Under the pieces are notes generated by a model that worked only from the letters and a program-made list of their open reading frames with translations, ran no database searches and was not told the DNA's origin. The position numbers and the translations under genes were made by a program. A stretch of 64,000 bases of DNA from Lama glama (Eukaryota). Where the stretch lies: positions 43,092,001 through 43,156,000 of the forward strand of contig CM052818.1 of the NCBI GenBank assembly GCA_028534125.1, written 5' to 3'. How positions within the stretch are numbered: the first letter of the stretch is position 1; every line of letters begins with the position of its first letter. Shown one piece after another: positions 11,841 through 24,039 of this stretch.

Positions 11841-14014
11841 GAACATAGATACTGCTGTTTACAGAATATACACCTGTACGTTTTATTTAATAAACATTGC
11901 TGAAACTGAAGGTCACAAAAGTACACCTATTCTGTGAAGTAAGGCTATGCATTTAAAATGTCTGCTTCTTCTGGGAACTTCAGGATACTGCAATTAAGAA
12001 ATAGCCCATTGCCTCTTTAAAAAATTGTAGGTTAATTTGGATCAGCTCATTCCAAGGCAAGAGCCCCATGAGAGAGAGTGAGATGAAGAGACAGAGGAAG
12101 GCAGACAGCAGGAGCGCTGAAGGCAGGAGCAGGCTTTGTGTGACTGTTCTGAATCTCAGCTGCCGAGGCAGAGGCAGAGCTCCATCTGGAAAATGCTGCT
12201 TGTCCACAAAAAATTGTCTACCCAAGTCCCTGCGTCACCTTACGGGAGGTAGAGCCGAAGGGTTCAGGGAGATATTCAAATTGGCATTTGCTGGAATCTG
12301 GGCTTTTTAAGTGTGCTGAGGACACATGTGGAATTAAAAGTGCCTGAGAAAAGTTGGTTCAGACGACCACTAATACTTGTGTCAATTGCACACGTGTCAA
12401 TCTCCCTTCTGATCCTCCCCCTCTACACATATGCTATTTTAAGAAATATAGCAGTGACCATAGTGGCAACTGATATCTGTACGAAGCTTTATAGCTCATA
12501 ATGTACAACTTGGTACATTGACATGATGGTTCTGATAATAACCTGCTGAATTATTATTATTATCCAGTGTTTTTGAAATGAAGGATGATTTTCTTAAGAG
12601 CGCCTAAGTAGTAAGGACAGAAGAGGGGCCTGATTCGTATCAAATCATTATCACTTTGGAATATAAATTCCCATTTTTGCCTTTTATTTTTACTTAGAGA
12701 AATAACGCATTTACTTATCATTGTCATCTTCTAAAGAGAACACTGGAGACACGATTGACAACCCAAATCTGCCTCCACGCAGTATATGATGGACAGCCTG
12801 TTAGAAGAGATTATGATTAATACTCTGGAATGCGTTTGAGTGAGCTAGTTACCATATAATCAATTCTCCTTCCTTTTTTATCTCGGCTGCTGGGGAGTCC
12901 TGAATACATTTCAGATTGGTTCCTAACACAGCTATCATCTCCTTTCTGTATAACTTTTCCTCTTCTCCTGTTTTTCATTTTAACTTTCCTGTGGGTATGT
13001 GTATGGATATCCACACCTCTATCTGTTTCTAAAACTACATTTACACTTAGATCTTTGTGGCAAGCTGCCTCTCGTCTAGCTTGGAAGCAGTGAAGACATA
13101 AATTATAAATATAAAGTAGAATTCAAAGCAGTTGAGTGACTTGTGAGTCTAGAAAGAATATTTTGGCAGGACAGAGTAAAGCCAATTTTTAAAGCATATT
13201 AGCCTGAATAAAGATATGGACTTAAGTCTGTTTGGGTTTATATTAATTTCAGTCCAATCTTCTTTATTTTAGTCTATTTCCTCATTCCCAGGCTTAAAAA
13301 AATACTACTCCTTTGTGTGAGCTCCTGTTAACATTCCAACAGAGAAACACGTGGCTCTGTTTGGATAGAACTTCTAGTTGTTAATTTAAAAAAATAAGAA
13401 AGCTCTGTTTATACAAAACTTGGATGATTCATTATTAATTTATTTGTCAATGCATAATTGCACTGTGCACAAATTTACACTTACTTTTGACTGATACACT
13501 TCGATGGCAAAGTGGGAAATATATTATTATGTTTTAAGCTCAGTTGTAAGTGTGCAGACCAAGATTTTAATAAATGTTCTCCTTTTGATACATAAATAGT
13601 AAAACACTTGAGTATCTGATTTAGAAGTGAAGATGTCAAAAGGATTCTTCTGTTTTAGCTTTGAGGCCATTGGGTGTGAGCGTGTGTGTGTGTGTGATGG
13701 TTCTACAAACTGCTCCTATAGAAAGGCATGCCAAGTGCTTCACTAGAGGACATTTTCTAGGTGAGAAGAAATATCGCATTTATAGAAAGTATAGTTCACT
13801 GGAAAAGAAAAGACCTTCCCCAGCTGAGGAGTTCTTGGTTGATTCTGCCCCTCCTCCATCCCAATCGTTTCCTTCCCAAAGGATTGAGTGAAATGTCATG
13901 GTATGTTCATAATATATTTCTATTACTTTACTCGTTTAACAGAAATTTGTTGACCACTTATCCTTGAAAACCATCATGAAAACTATCGTATTGTTTATCC
14001 TCTGAACTGGAACA

Positions 14015-14225
14015 CTTTTGAGAGCAATGAAGATCTTAGGTATTCTCAACACACACACACACACACATACACACACACACGTACTCATGTAAAGTGATAG
14101 ATGTGTCAATTAGCTTGATTGTGGTAATCATTTCACAATGTAAACGTATATCAAAACATCACATCATACACCTTAAATATATACAACTTTTATTTGTCAA
14201 TCATACCTTAATAAAGCAGGAAAAA
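14015..14225 (+). mobile_element. L1MA/L1MB 3' end with internal (CA)n (14049-14080)
   Basis: 'attagcttgattgtggtaatcatttcacaatgtaaacgtatatcaaaacatcacatcatacaccttaaatatatacaacttttatttgtcaatcataccttaataaagc' is a canonical L1M 3' terminus. Confidence 0.85.
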
Positions 14226-14654
14226 CTAAATTAACTTGGGGAAAAAGAAAATGAAAATGATCTGCTTTTGCAAAAAGAATTTCTAAAAAGCTGATCTGGA
14301 GAAAAATATAACAAAGCAAAACTAACAAAAAGAAATTAATCAATACCTTAGGTTTACAGTGACACCGAACTCCAGCCTCTGGGAAGAAGGATGGAGGTAT
14401 AAACCAGGGTAATCCTGGGTGGCTTCAGACATATGTTCACCTAACTGAACTAGAGGCTGAATATACAGATACTAATTTCCTCCGTATTTTACAAGTTTAG
14501 TCTCTCCATAGATTATTTTGTTCATCATGCAGTAAGACTGACATGCTAAAATATAGCTGGAAGAATCAGAGTTCTTATTTCCAGACAACAGAATTCACAC
14601 TTGCAATTTTAAGCAGAAAAGAAATGCATTAAAACAGATTATTGAGCAGTTCGT

Positions 14655-15104
14655 TGTGCTACCAAAGGCAAGTTCGTGTGCCTACCACACCATGAGACCG
14701 AAGACACTGAAACATGGTTTGGAGCAGAGTAATGTTTATTGCAGAGCTGAGCAAGGAGGGTGGGGTGGCTCACGCCCAAGAAAAGCTGAACTCCCTGAAG
14801 GGCTTCAGCAAAGTATATTTAAAGGCCAGGTAAGGGAGGGTGGGGTGTTCCAAGGCACGTGATCAGCTTGCGCACAGTTCTCTGGGTGATGTGGAGGGTA
14901 CAGGCTGGTCAGCGCTACCAATCCCTGGGCCCCAGAAGGTCTGGGGGCCACGTGCTCACCATCATCAAGTAGTAAATTTCTCCCCTTTAGTGGTGGTTTG
15001 AAGCATCTGAAAAACTCAGGAAATGCACATGAGATACTGTTATCTTTGTACTTCCGAGAGGAGCTACAGCAGAGGACATGGAGGAGGGGTTCTGCTTGGT
15101 TACA
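14655..15104 (-). mobile_element. ERV1 solo LTR, MER41-like cetartiodactyl family
   Basis: Minus strand starts TGTAACC and ends in CA. AATAAA on minus (tttatt 14735-14740) and TATA-like motif (14814-14823). Body resembles recalled MER41_BT/SS/Vpa-type LTR consensus. Confidence 0.75.
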
Positions 15105-16727
15105 GGAGAATCCCTGGGAAATCTGCAAAACTGGAACAAATGGAGCTTCCGTGATGAAAATTGAAAGCTAGACCCCCACCCAACCTGCGGAGGAGACCAC
15201 CAGTCACACTGAACATTCATGGTCATACTGGGTGCTGCTCCCAGGAACCCAGCTGAAACCATTACTATATCCCAGAAGCCCCCTCTTTAGTTTATTGCTT
15301 CCAACTGAGGTCCAGACTGGGCGCTTCTAATTATGCATATCTTCACCACATATTTAAATTCAAATCAATAAATCAATAAATTCTACCTGCAAGAGTCTGG
15401 AAGAGGGTGGATGTCTGGGTTCGCACAGGGAGAACTCCCGAAATATTGGAAGGATATTTGATGGGAGAATGCACGTGCTACCTCACAGTGTTGGTGCGTG
15501 TTGATCAGATTAACAAATGGGAAAGTCCTTTGTAAAACGTAACATTATGCATTGATAGTTGTCATTTCCTGCTCTAATCCTATCCTCTGAACTGACTTAC
15601 AAGTCATTTATTATTATTGCATTATTAGTTCATTGAGGACAAGAAACTCACAGCTTTTATATTCCCACTACCTACATAACAGCCTCACCAACAGAGGTGC
15701 AGAAAATGGTTAACGGATGGATACAGACAACTAAGTGAGAAGTTACATTTCCTCCAACTACGCACTGGGGAAAGAGGATCACATGCGCTGCGAGATACAC
15801 ACTTTTTAAGACTCAACATGGTCATGAGTTTAGGGGCGTCTGTTTACTCAGGAAATCCACACCTGTGCATGCTTCTCCGTGGTTCATGTCTTTCCTTTTC
15901 ACACATGTAGTCTGTGCGTCCATTCCAACATCACAGCTTGGACCTCTCCCCCAGATGTGGAGATCGCAACGATCTGAAGTGTGATGTCGCTCAGTGATCA
16001 GGAGCGCCTCCTGGTTGTGGCCAGCCCCACACCTTTCTTGTACCTCTGCTTCGGGTAACTCTGTATACTCAGTATGAACTGTCATAAACCCTCTCCAAGG
16101 GGAAAAGGAGAAGGTAGTGACCTCATTATTGAAGGACCACCTGGCGTGCACGACCCAGCAACTCATCCCACTGTCCTCTTTGAAGACAGGGTCACAACAT
16201 GAAATAATCTCCATTAATATTGATGCAGCCCTAGAATCACGTACGTGATCCAGTTTAGACTCATAATAATCCTTCACATGAAGTATAATTAACATCCTCG
16301 GCTGTTTTCTCCCCTGAGAAAATTGTCCAAGTTTGCACAGCTTTTAAGAGGTAAACCAGAGTATAGATTGTGTCCCTCTGAATACTGTTAGAAAAGTTGA
16401 GCCGTAGTGTATCTTCTATTTCTATTATTGAGTATGACTCCTTTTTAATTTTTGTGCACTGGGTTAGAGATTTGTCAGTCTAATCTTGGTTCAAGGAAAA
16501 AAAAATTTCCCCAATTGCCTATGAAACTGAAGTAGTTTGTGGTCTGTAGTACACTGGAAATGAATGTCCCCAAAGTTATCATCATTCCGTTTAAGAATAC
16601 TGGGTGTCATTTTTGTGTGAAAGGACACTTAAATAGATGCAGGGGGACAATGTTCTACTTATGGGTATCCTGTCACCAAAGTTCCAAGGACTGGAATTTT
16701 AGAGGTTTTAGGACCAGTGATAAGTAA

Positions 16728-17040
16728 CTTTTTATTCATTTTTTTATTGAAGTATAATCAGTTTACAATGCTGTCAATTTCTAGCGCACAGCATAATAGT
16801 TCAGTCGTACATGTATTAGTTTTCATATTCTTTTTCATTATAGGTTACTGCAAGATATGGAATATAGTTCCCTGTGCTATAATAGTAGAAACTTGTTGTT
16901 TATCTATTTAATATAGGGTAGGTAGTATCTGCAAATCTCGAATTCCCAATGTATCCCTTCTCCCCATCTCCATCCCTCCCTCCCCCGGTAACCATATAAG
17001 TTTGTTTTCTGTATCTGTGAGTCTGTTTCTGTTTTGGTTG
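16728..17040 (-). mobile_element. Young camelid-type L1 3' end (5'-truncated)
   Basis: T-rich tail followed by 'ttgaagtataatcagtttacaatgctgtcaatttct...gaatatagttccctgtgctata'; highly similar to the copy at 22721-23117. Confidence 0.9.
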
Positions 17041-17238
17041 AGAAAATCATATTAAGGCAAAGGAAAAAAATAATCGGAGGCATCAAGTAAAGTTCTTGTG
17101 TTGGTAGCTCTGTCTGGGTGCATATGTGGGTGGCTGTGGGTGGGGAAGGAGACAGGGCTTATTTGTGTCAACAGTTAAGCTAAGGTGTGTCGACACACTA
17201 AGACCCGCACATCGTATGTGTGGGAACACCTATTAAAC

Positions 17239-17348
17239 TGAAACGAACATATGTATGTATGTGTGTGACTGCACTATTTTGCTGTACACCAGAAACTGAC
17301 ACAGCATTGCAAACTGACTATGCTTCAATTAAAAAAAACTCAAAAAAA
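17239..17348 (+). mobile_element. Short camelid-type L1 3' terminus with A tail
   Basis: 'tgctgtacaccagaaactgacacagcattgcaaactgactatgcttcaattaaaaaaaa' is the reverse complement of the same L1 terminus. Confidence 0.85.
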
Positions 17349-18168
17349 TCTTTGAAAAATTTGGAATTAAAAGTATTAAGAGCAAAAAAAAAAAAATGGA
17401 AGGAAGGTGAATACCTGTCAGTCCCACAAAGAGGAAGGAAAAATGAGTCCTCTGCTGAGTGTCAGGGATGAGGCATTCACAATTCCTCAGAAGCACACTC
17501 ACGCTCACCTCTAATCTGCTCTTAAGAGACGCTGTTCCTTGCTTCTCAAGAAGGGAATTTTGAGGAAAAAACACACTGATGATTCTTGAAGCGTTAGTTA
17601 TGTAGATGCCAACCTGAAAAAGGAGATTCAACAGACCTTAGCTTCGGTTAGGCGCAGGTGTGTGCATGCTCACACGTGCACGCTCACACACACACACCCC
17701 ACCGCATTTGAAATTAAGATTTAAAGCAAACCTGTGACAAAAAAAAAAAAAAAGCCACAGGGACAAAAAGAACTGCAATTCGAGATTCACGATGTATGTG
17801 GAAAACGACGACTTAGCTATCATAAAAATTTTCTCTCTGCCATATTGTGGAGTAGTTACATAGGAGTTAAACTACTCTGATAACATGCTTTTTTTCTTTC
17901 CTAATTAGGGATTCAAATTCTATATGGAAGAGCTCCATTTCCCCAGATTGAATGTTATCCAGTCTTAGAGGCTGCCCTGAAGTTCTGTAATCTTAGACTC
18001 TTGAGAACCTCAGACGACGCTGGGATGATGTGGTGGTAAAGGCAGTGGGGGAGGAAGGAGGAGGGAGTCAACCAAATTCCACGAGGGAAGCTTTTGGTCC
18101 CTCGACCCCTTTTAACCCAAGCCACTACCCTTTGACCAGTATTATCACTGGGTTTTATTTTAAGATTA

Positions 18169-18546
18169 TGGAACCAGGTTTAGGATAAGATGAGTGAGGC
18201 ATTTGCCTTGAATTGAAAAAATGCCCAAACCTCAGTAACTGACATAAATAATATTTAATGCAATCTTAGGAAATCAAATAAACAAACTATAGCCCATAGA
18301 CTGGCCACCTATTGTGTAAATAAAGTTTTATCGGAAACTTGGCTGGTATTAGGGTGAGATAAGGTCCTGCAAATACAAGGTTGGATCCTGTCTTTGTTTA
18401 AAATTTTAATAATTTGTTCATCGTAGCTTGTGGATTTTTTTCATTAATGTTTACATTTTAAAATATTGCATTAAATACTGCTTATCTTAATTACTTAGTT
18501 TTTTTTGGCACCTCCTCACTTGCTTCACTTTAAATCTGGGTTTCTG
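18169..18546. mobile_element. hAT MITE relics: inverted MER96B-like arms around a MER58A-like fragment
   Basis: Left and right ~100-bp arms are imperfect reverse complements (e.g. aatatttaatgcaat vs attgcattaaatact). Central 'caaactatagccc...gtaaataaagttttatcggaa' is MER58-like. Confidence 0.7.
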
Positions 18547-18804
18547 ATATTCAGATTCCAGATTAAATTTTGAACAGAATATACGCTCAAAAATTTATAA
18601 ATCATAGTCCTAGAATACGAACAGTGACATTGTGTTAAGAAGGAAGAAATGGAGAGAGGGAGGCTGGGACAGAGGCAGTCATGGAGGGAGGAAACCATTT
18701 TCTTCAAAGCTTGGGGAAGAATCCCACCTTTTCCACCAGCAAATTATTGTTACCTTATTCCATTTATTTCCAAAAACACTTAATAGAATTGTCAAGGGTA
18801 TGGC

Positions 18805-19005
18805 ATGGACTTTAATCCTGGCTCTCACATTTACTAGTTGTAGGTTTTTAGAATTGTATTTTTAGTTCTCCAACGTTCAATATATTCATCTGTAAAGTGA
18901 AAATAATATGTTTTTCACAGCATTTTTGTGATAATAAGTGAAGATAGCACATAAAGTTCTCAAGCTCAGTTTCTGGGATCCACTAAGGTCTCAATAAACG
19001 TTAGC
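18805..19005 (+). mobile_element. MIR SINE
   Basis: 'aatcctggctctcacatttactagttgt...ttcatctgtaaagtgaaaataata...tctcaataaacgttagc'. Confidence 0.7.
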
Positions 19006-19084
19006 AATTAATTTTCTTGTTTTTGATGTTATTGACATTATTGATTTTTAACTAACATTTTCACTATTAAATGACAGCATTTAA

Positions 19085-19310
19085 TTATATAAGATGGAGC
19101 ATATTTTATATATCAATATATGTTATAATATATATTATTTATCTGTATATATATATTAGATATAGTGTATACCCAAATATATGTTATAATATTATATAAT
19201 ATATATTATAGTATAAACCTAGTATCAATTTATGTTGCACGTTATATAGTAAATATATTTATGTTACATGTATACAGTATATGATATATTATATTTTATA
19301 TATTTTTATT
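19085..19310. repeat. AT-rich low-complexity tract
   Basis: Degenerate tatat/atatt repeats read directly. Confidence 0.8.
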
Positions 19311-19829
19311 TCATCAGTATGTATCTTTTGAACTGTTCTATATGTACTTAGAAAAAAAGAGTTAATTCCTTACATGTCTCTTGTGTCTTGCATTTTGCTT
19401 ACATGATTCAGATTAATCTAAGTCTTATTCCGTTGGTACCACATTTCCAGGGGAAGTAATTGTGCTAGCCATCTTCACGTCTGCTGTTTTTTTCCAATCA
19501 TCACTACAACTTCATGAGATATATACTATTATCTACATCTGCCAGTTAAAGAAACAAGGGCTCAAAGAATCTGGATGGCTTACCCAAGTGCATGGCTGAC
19601 ACTAGAGTTCTGCTTAAATACAATTTAACAGCCTTTTGGTCCAGCTGGGATGTTTTAAATTTCGTTTCGTTTTAATTCTGCAACTGAATCACACTGTCAC
19701 TCAGAATGTGAGCATATTATGTGGACCCACTTATGGTTCAATTAATGATCATTTTTTTCCCTCAAGACTTGTTTAGCCATCGACTCTTCTTACTAAAAGG
19801 CTCAAGCTGAATTAGATACTGACATAGGA

Positions 19830-20020
19830 TTAACTACTTCTAGCTATGTCAGCACTTACCAGACATTACGTAATCATCTTTTAATATGTTTATCTGCCAC
19901 CAAAATACCCTAGCCTTCTTGAAGTTGCTTAGTGTGCTGTATTCACTTCTGTGTCTGCAGCACCACATACAATCTTTGGAACCTAGTCAGTGCTCTGTTA
20001 ACATTAATGGAATAAATGAC
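19830..20020 (+). mobile_element. L2 3' end
   Basis: 'tattcacttctgtgtctgcagcaccacatacaatctttggaacctagtcagtgctc...ggaataaatga'. Confidence 0.55.
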
Positions 20021-21824
20021 GGTGTCCACGTATAAAAATGACTATTGACATTACAGCGCTCCAGACAAATTGACAATAGCGAGGTAATTTTGCCCACGCC
20101 TGGCCTTGATCTGTTGATTCATCCGTAACGTTTTTCTGGAATTATTCCGTGATTTATCTTGCAAGTCAGTCATTGACATGAAAAGCATGAACCTACTGCC
20201 CCCTCTAATTTTCACATATTGAAATTTCATATATTTTTAATGTATGAAAACATTTCAAGTATGAATGAGTTTTCAGGGAGTAGAGTCAAACCAAGCTAGG
20301 GATTTCTGCTTTAATTTCCTTATCAGAAGGAAGATGGTGCAACCATTAAGATGGCACCAAAGGGGAATATTTTCCTGGTAAGATCATATGCATCAATATT
20401 TCAAAGTGATTTCAGTAGGTTCTATGAGACGCTAGATTGTTACATTTTTCTGTTCTGTTCAAGGACATTCAGTATCTTGTAACTTTGTCTTACAATCAAC
20501 AGCAATCCCTTCTGTAATTGTAATAGAACATTTGCTGTTTCACTACTTTAAGTTTGCTATCACCCAGGAAGTTATATTCAACTTTGAGAAAGTCTCATAT
20601 TCTGTAGATATTTAATAACTCCTTCCCAGGTGGACGACAAGAGCCACGTCAGGCCTTAGGGGTACACAGCCGAATGAGGCGACGTCCTCTCTGAGATGCT
20701 CTGGTGCCTATTGTGGGAGACAGGCACGTCAGCCAGCTGTATCTCAACCCGCTTCATGTCGTGTTTCTTTTGGTGCCTGCCTGCACACTGAAGTGATGAG
20801 ACGAGCTCACCTCTGGGATTACCTTCTCTCATGCAAATTCTTCGTCGTCGTGATATGATTAGTGTTATTGAACATAACCGTAAAAGTGTGCAAAATGCAC
20901 TTTATCCTAAAACACCATCCCTGTGAGGAAACCAATTCATTTAGCAGAGGGAAATAAAACTGCTGGATGATCTGCGCAGGATACGGTTGGTAAATAAATC
21001 TGGAGGAGAAATTTTCAGCAGGATTTGGCGCCCGAAAAGTCCCACCTTGGGGTGTCCATTCTCTACTGAAGAAATGCATTTTTGGGAGAAAGAGCTCTGT
21101 CGCTAATGAGGTTGTCTCTGGCCTGTCCCTGGGAAAAAAATGTGATTTAAACAAATTAAATTTCTTCTGCTTTTAAATTGAACAAGCCGGGATCCTCAAC
21201 TCTCTCTCTCTCTCTTATGCCTGTGCTGGAGTGAAACGAAGTCCCAACTATAATTGTCAATTAATAACTTCAGATTCTATTATGGAATCCTTGTTGTGAA
21301 GTTCATCTGCAGAGGAACTTCTCAAGGAAAGTGCATGGCTAGGTCACGGTGAGAAAAAAACTGCCCTCTCCCACGGAACTGGAAATGTCAAACGACATTG
21401 AGACTGTCACCTTGCACTGCGGTCGTCTGTCCCCACAGCATCAGTGTTGGGTACTCCACTGCGTCTCACCCTTAGCCCACCCCCGGGAGGAGTCAGGTCT
21501 TGGTTTGTGACCCCTGCTCTACAGGGCATGAGCTGGCAGGACGGTGACCTAAGCTGACGAGTGAGGTTTCTTCTTTACACATTTCTCCACTGAGTATTTT
21601 TCTAAAGCCACAAAGTCCTCTACTTTCATACGTAAATTGGAAATTTGAGAAACAAGGAAGATAAATGGAAAATTGATTAGATGAACTCAATCTGATTAAT
21701 CAGAAAAATTCAATTAGAATGATGATGTATCAGTTTTCACCATGGATAAGCAATAAAACCTGACAATAGCCAGTTGAGGTGAGGATCTAGGAAGCTATTC
21801 CAGCTCATACACCTCTGTCGTTGA

Positions 21825-22205
21825 CAATTTGGATGTATCAAGGGCTATAAATATGTGTAGATCCCTTGAGCTAGTAATTCTGTACTTTGGGAATTAAATT
21901 AAGAAGTATTTAAGGATACAGACATAGATGTAAGTAGATGTTTTATCTGCAACATTTTCATTTCTAATAGTTAAAACTAGGAAACCACGTAACTATGACA
22001 TATTTGGAAATACGATTTTCTGTATACACATAAATTGGAAGACAAAGCACCATAAAATGACACCACAGGTGAACACTTGCCAGCACTGTCAGATGATAGA
22101 GTTTTCAAGGTGATGTCAATGGTTCTCTTTGAGATGTCACTCTATATACTTCTGGTATTTTGTAATGTTCTGTGGTGAAAATCAGTTGCTGTTTATACTG
22201 GTAAA
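21825..22205 (+). mobile_element. Old L1ME 3' fragment
   Basis: 'cccttgagctagtaattctgtactttgggaatt...aatagttaaaactaggaaac' resembles the L1ME ORF2 C-terminal/3' UTR region. Confidence 0.5.
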
Positions 22206-22720
22206 ACAAATACATGTATCCAAAAGGCAAACAAATACTAAACATCTCTTACTGCCAACAGCAATCAAAATTATATTATAAAGATATCTAATCTTGAAAG
22301 ATTCGAACAGTTTTTGAGGCAAATTGCTGAAGTTCAGACTTAGAGTCATATCATAGCATCGGATGGCAATTGTAAAGGTGTCAGTTTTCCCAAATGAATG
22401 TCCAAATGATTTATTATTCGATAAAAAATGTAGCCAGCATTGCTGAAGGTGAAAGGCAGGAGGGCTATAGCCTTGAAAACAAAAATTGCACATGAGTTTT
22501 TTTCTACCCTGTGGAAAAAGAAATGAAAAAATAAAGCCTTTGCCCTTTAAAACATAGTCTGGTGGAGGAAGAATTCTTTACTTAACATTGATGGCACCAT
22601 AGAACCCCAGCAATTCACGCAGGACGATAATACTAGAAAGATTGTCCAATTGATGGCACAAAATAGGAGCATAGAGATTTAACATGCAGATTTTTACAAG
22701 AAGGATTCAGAATAGTCTAA

Positions 22721-23117
22721 TTTTTTTTTTTTACTTTTTTAAAATTGAAGTATAGTCAGTTTACAATGTTGTGTCAATTTCTGGTGTGCAGCGCAACGTC
22801 CAAGTCATGCATATCCATACATGTATTTGTTTTCATATTGTTTTTCATTAAAGGTTAGTATAAGATATTGAATATAGTTCCCTGTGCTATACAGAAGAAA
22901 TTTGTTTTTTATCTATTTTTATATGCAGTGGTTATCATTGCAAATCTCAAGCACCCTAATTTATCCATCCCCCACCTTTCCCCTAATAACTATAAGATTG
23001 TTTACTACGTCTGAGAGTCTGCTTCTGTTTTGTAGATGAGTTCATTAGTGTCCACTTTTTCCTTTTTTTTTTAAATTGCACATATGAGTGATATCATATG
23101 GTATTTTTCTTTCTCTT
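22721..23117 (-). mobile_element. Young camelid-type L1 3' end with TSD
   Basis: Poly(T) tail plus L1 3' UTR; TSD matches 8/9 (tagtctaat 22713-22721 / tattctaat 23118-23126). Confidence 0.92.
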
Positions 23118-23419
23118 TATTCTAATATCTTTTGAATCTAGTTCCTCCTCTCTTCACTACAGCCCCAGTCTCAATTCAGGCCCTAATGATCTCTCTTCTA
23201 TACAGTGACAGTTCATGCCATGTAGTAATTTGCAATTATTCTGAGATGTGAATTTGAACAAAGCTTTGTGAGACTGCTTGCTGATCATTTAAAAATTGAG
23301 TCTTATTTGAAAAGTGCTTTGCTGCTGTTTTTTCATTGACTAGGAAATGTTCTAAATGTTGGCTCTTTGTAGAAAAGTGTCCATCTTATGAAAAAACAAA
23401 ACAGTAGTATAATTTTAGA

Positions 23420-23860
23420 AGGTGAATAATTTCTAGCTGTGTGAGAACTTGTACAGATAATATGTGAACTGTTACAACTCTGATTTCTGAAAAGACCAAC
23501 TTCCTTATCAACTACTCTAAATTATTGAACTTGCTTAATATTAAATCAGTAGTGAAAAAGAGTTACTATTGAGCGAAAATATGAATATTTAGATCTATCA
23601 CACACTTTATGTCAAATAAAATTTCAAATTTCCTTAAGAGGTAGATTATGAAAAAAATATATAAAAAGGAAATCCCTCAGAAAAATTAGGGGAATTTGAA
23701 CTGGTTTTAGTATGAAGAGGGTCTTTTCAATATAAATGAAGTTTTAAGGGAAAAATGGATGCAAATAAGGTAAAATTTCTGTAAAACAGTAAAATCCTAA
23801 TTTCACAAGGGGCTAGTTATACAAAAGGACTTCGTAAAAGAAAAGTTCAATCTTGTTATT
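23420..23860 (+). mobile_element. Old L1 ORF2 fragment
   Basis: 'tcacacactttatgtcaaataaaatttcaaat...' is A-rich ORF2-like sequence. Confidence 0.4.
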
Positions 23861-24039
23861 CAAAACTGTATTCAGAACTTTAGTTTGATCGTGTCCCTGG
23901 TGGGGCAATGCCATCTCCCCTGCTTCTCTTGTTGTTCACCCTCTGCTCTTCCAGGCTTTCTGACAGGAGACTTAACCCCTGCCCAACGCAGGCCACTACA
24001 GATCCTCCTGAACAGGTTCAATATTTTGTTTTTTCAGTA

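Noticed and set aside
15822..16295. 157-aa minus-strand ORF
   Set aside because: No recognisable domain, non-ATG start and no convincing splice context.
17889..18041. Possible exon 17909-18035 with one open frame
   Set aside because: Mediocre acceptor and donor (TG|GTAAAG) and an unrecognised peptide; consistent with chance.
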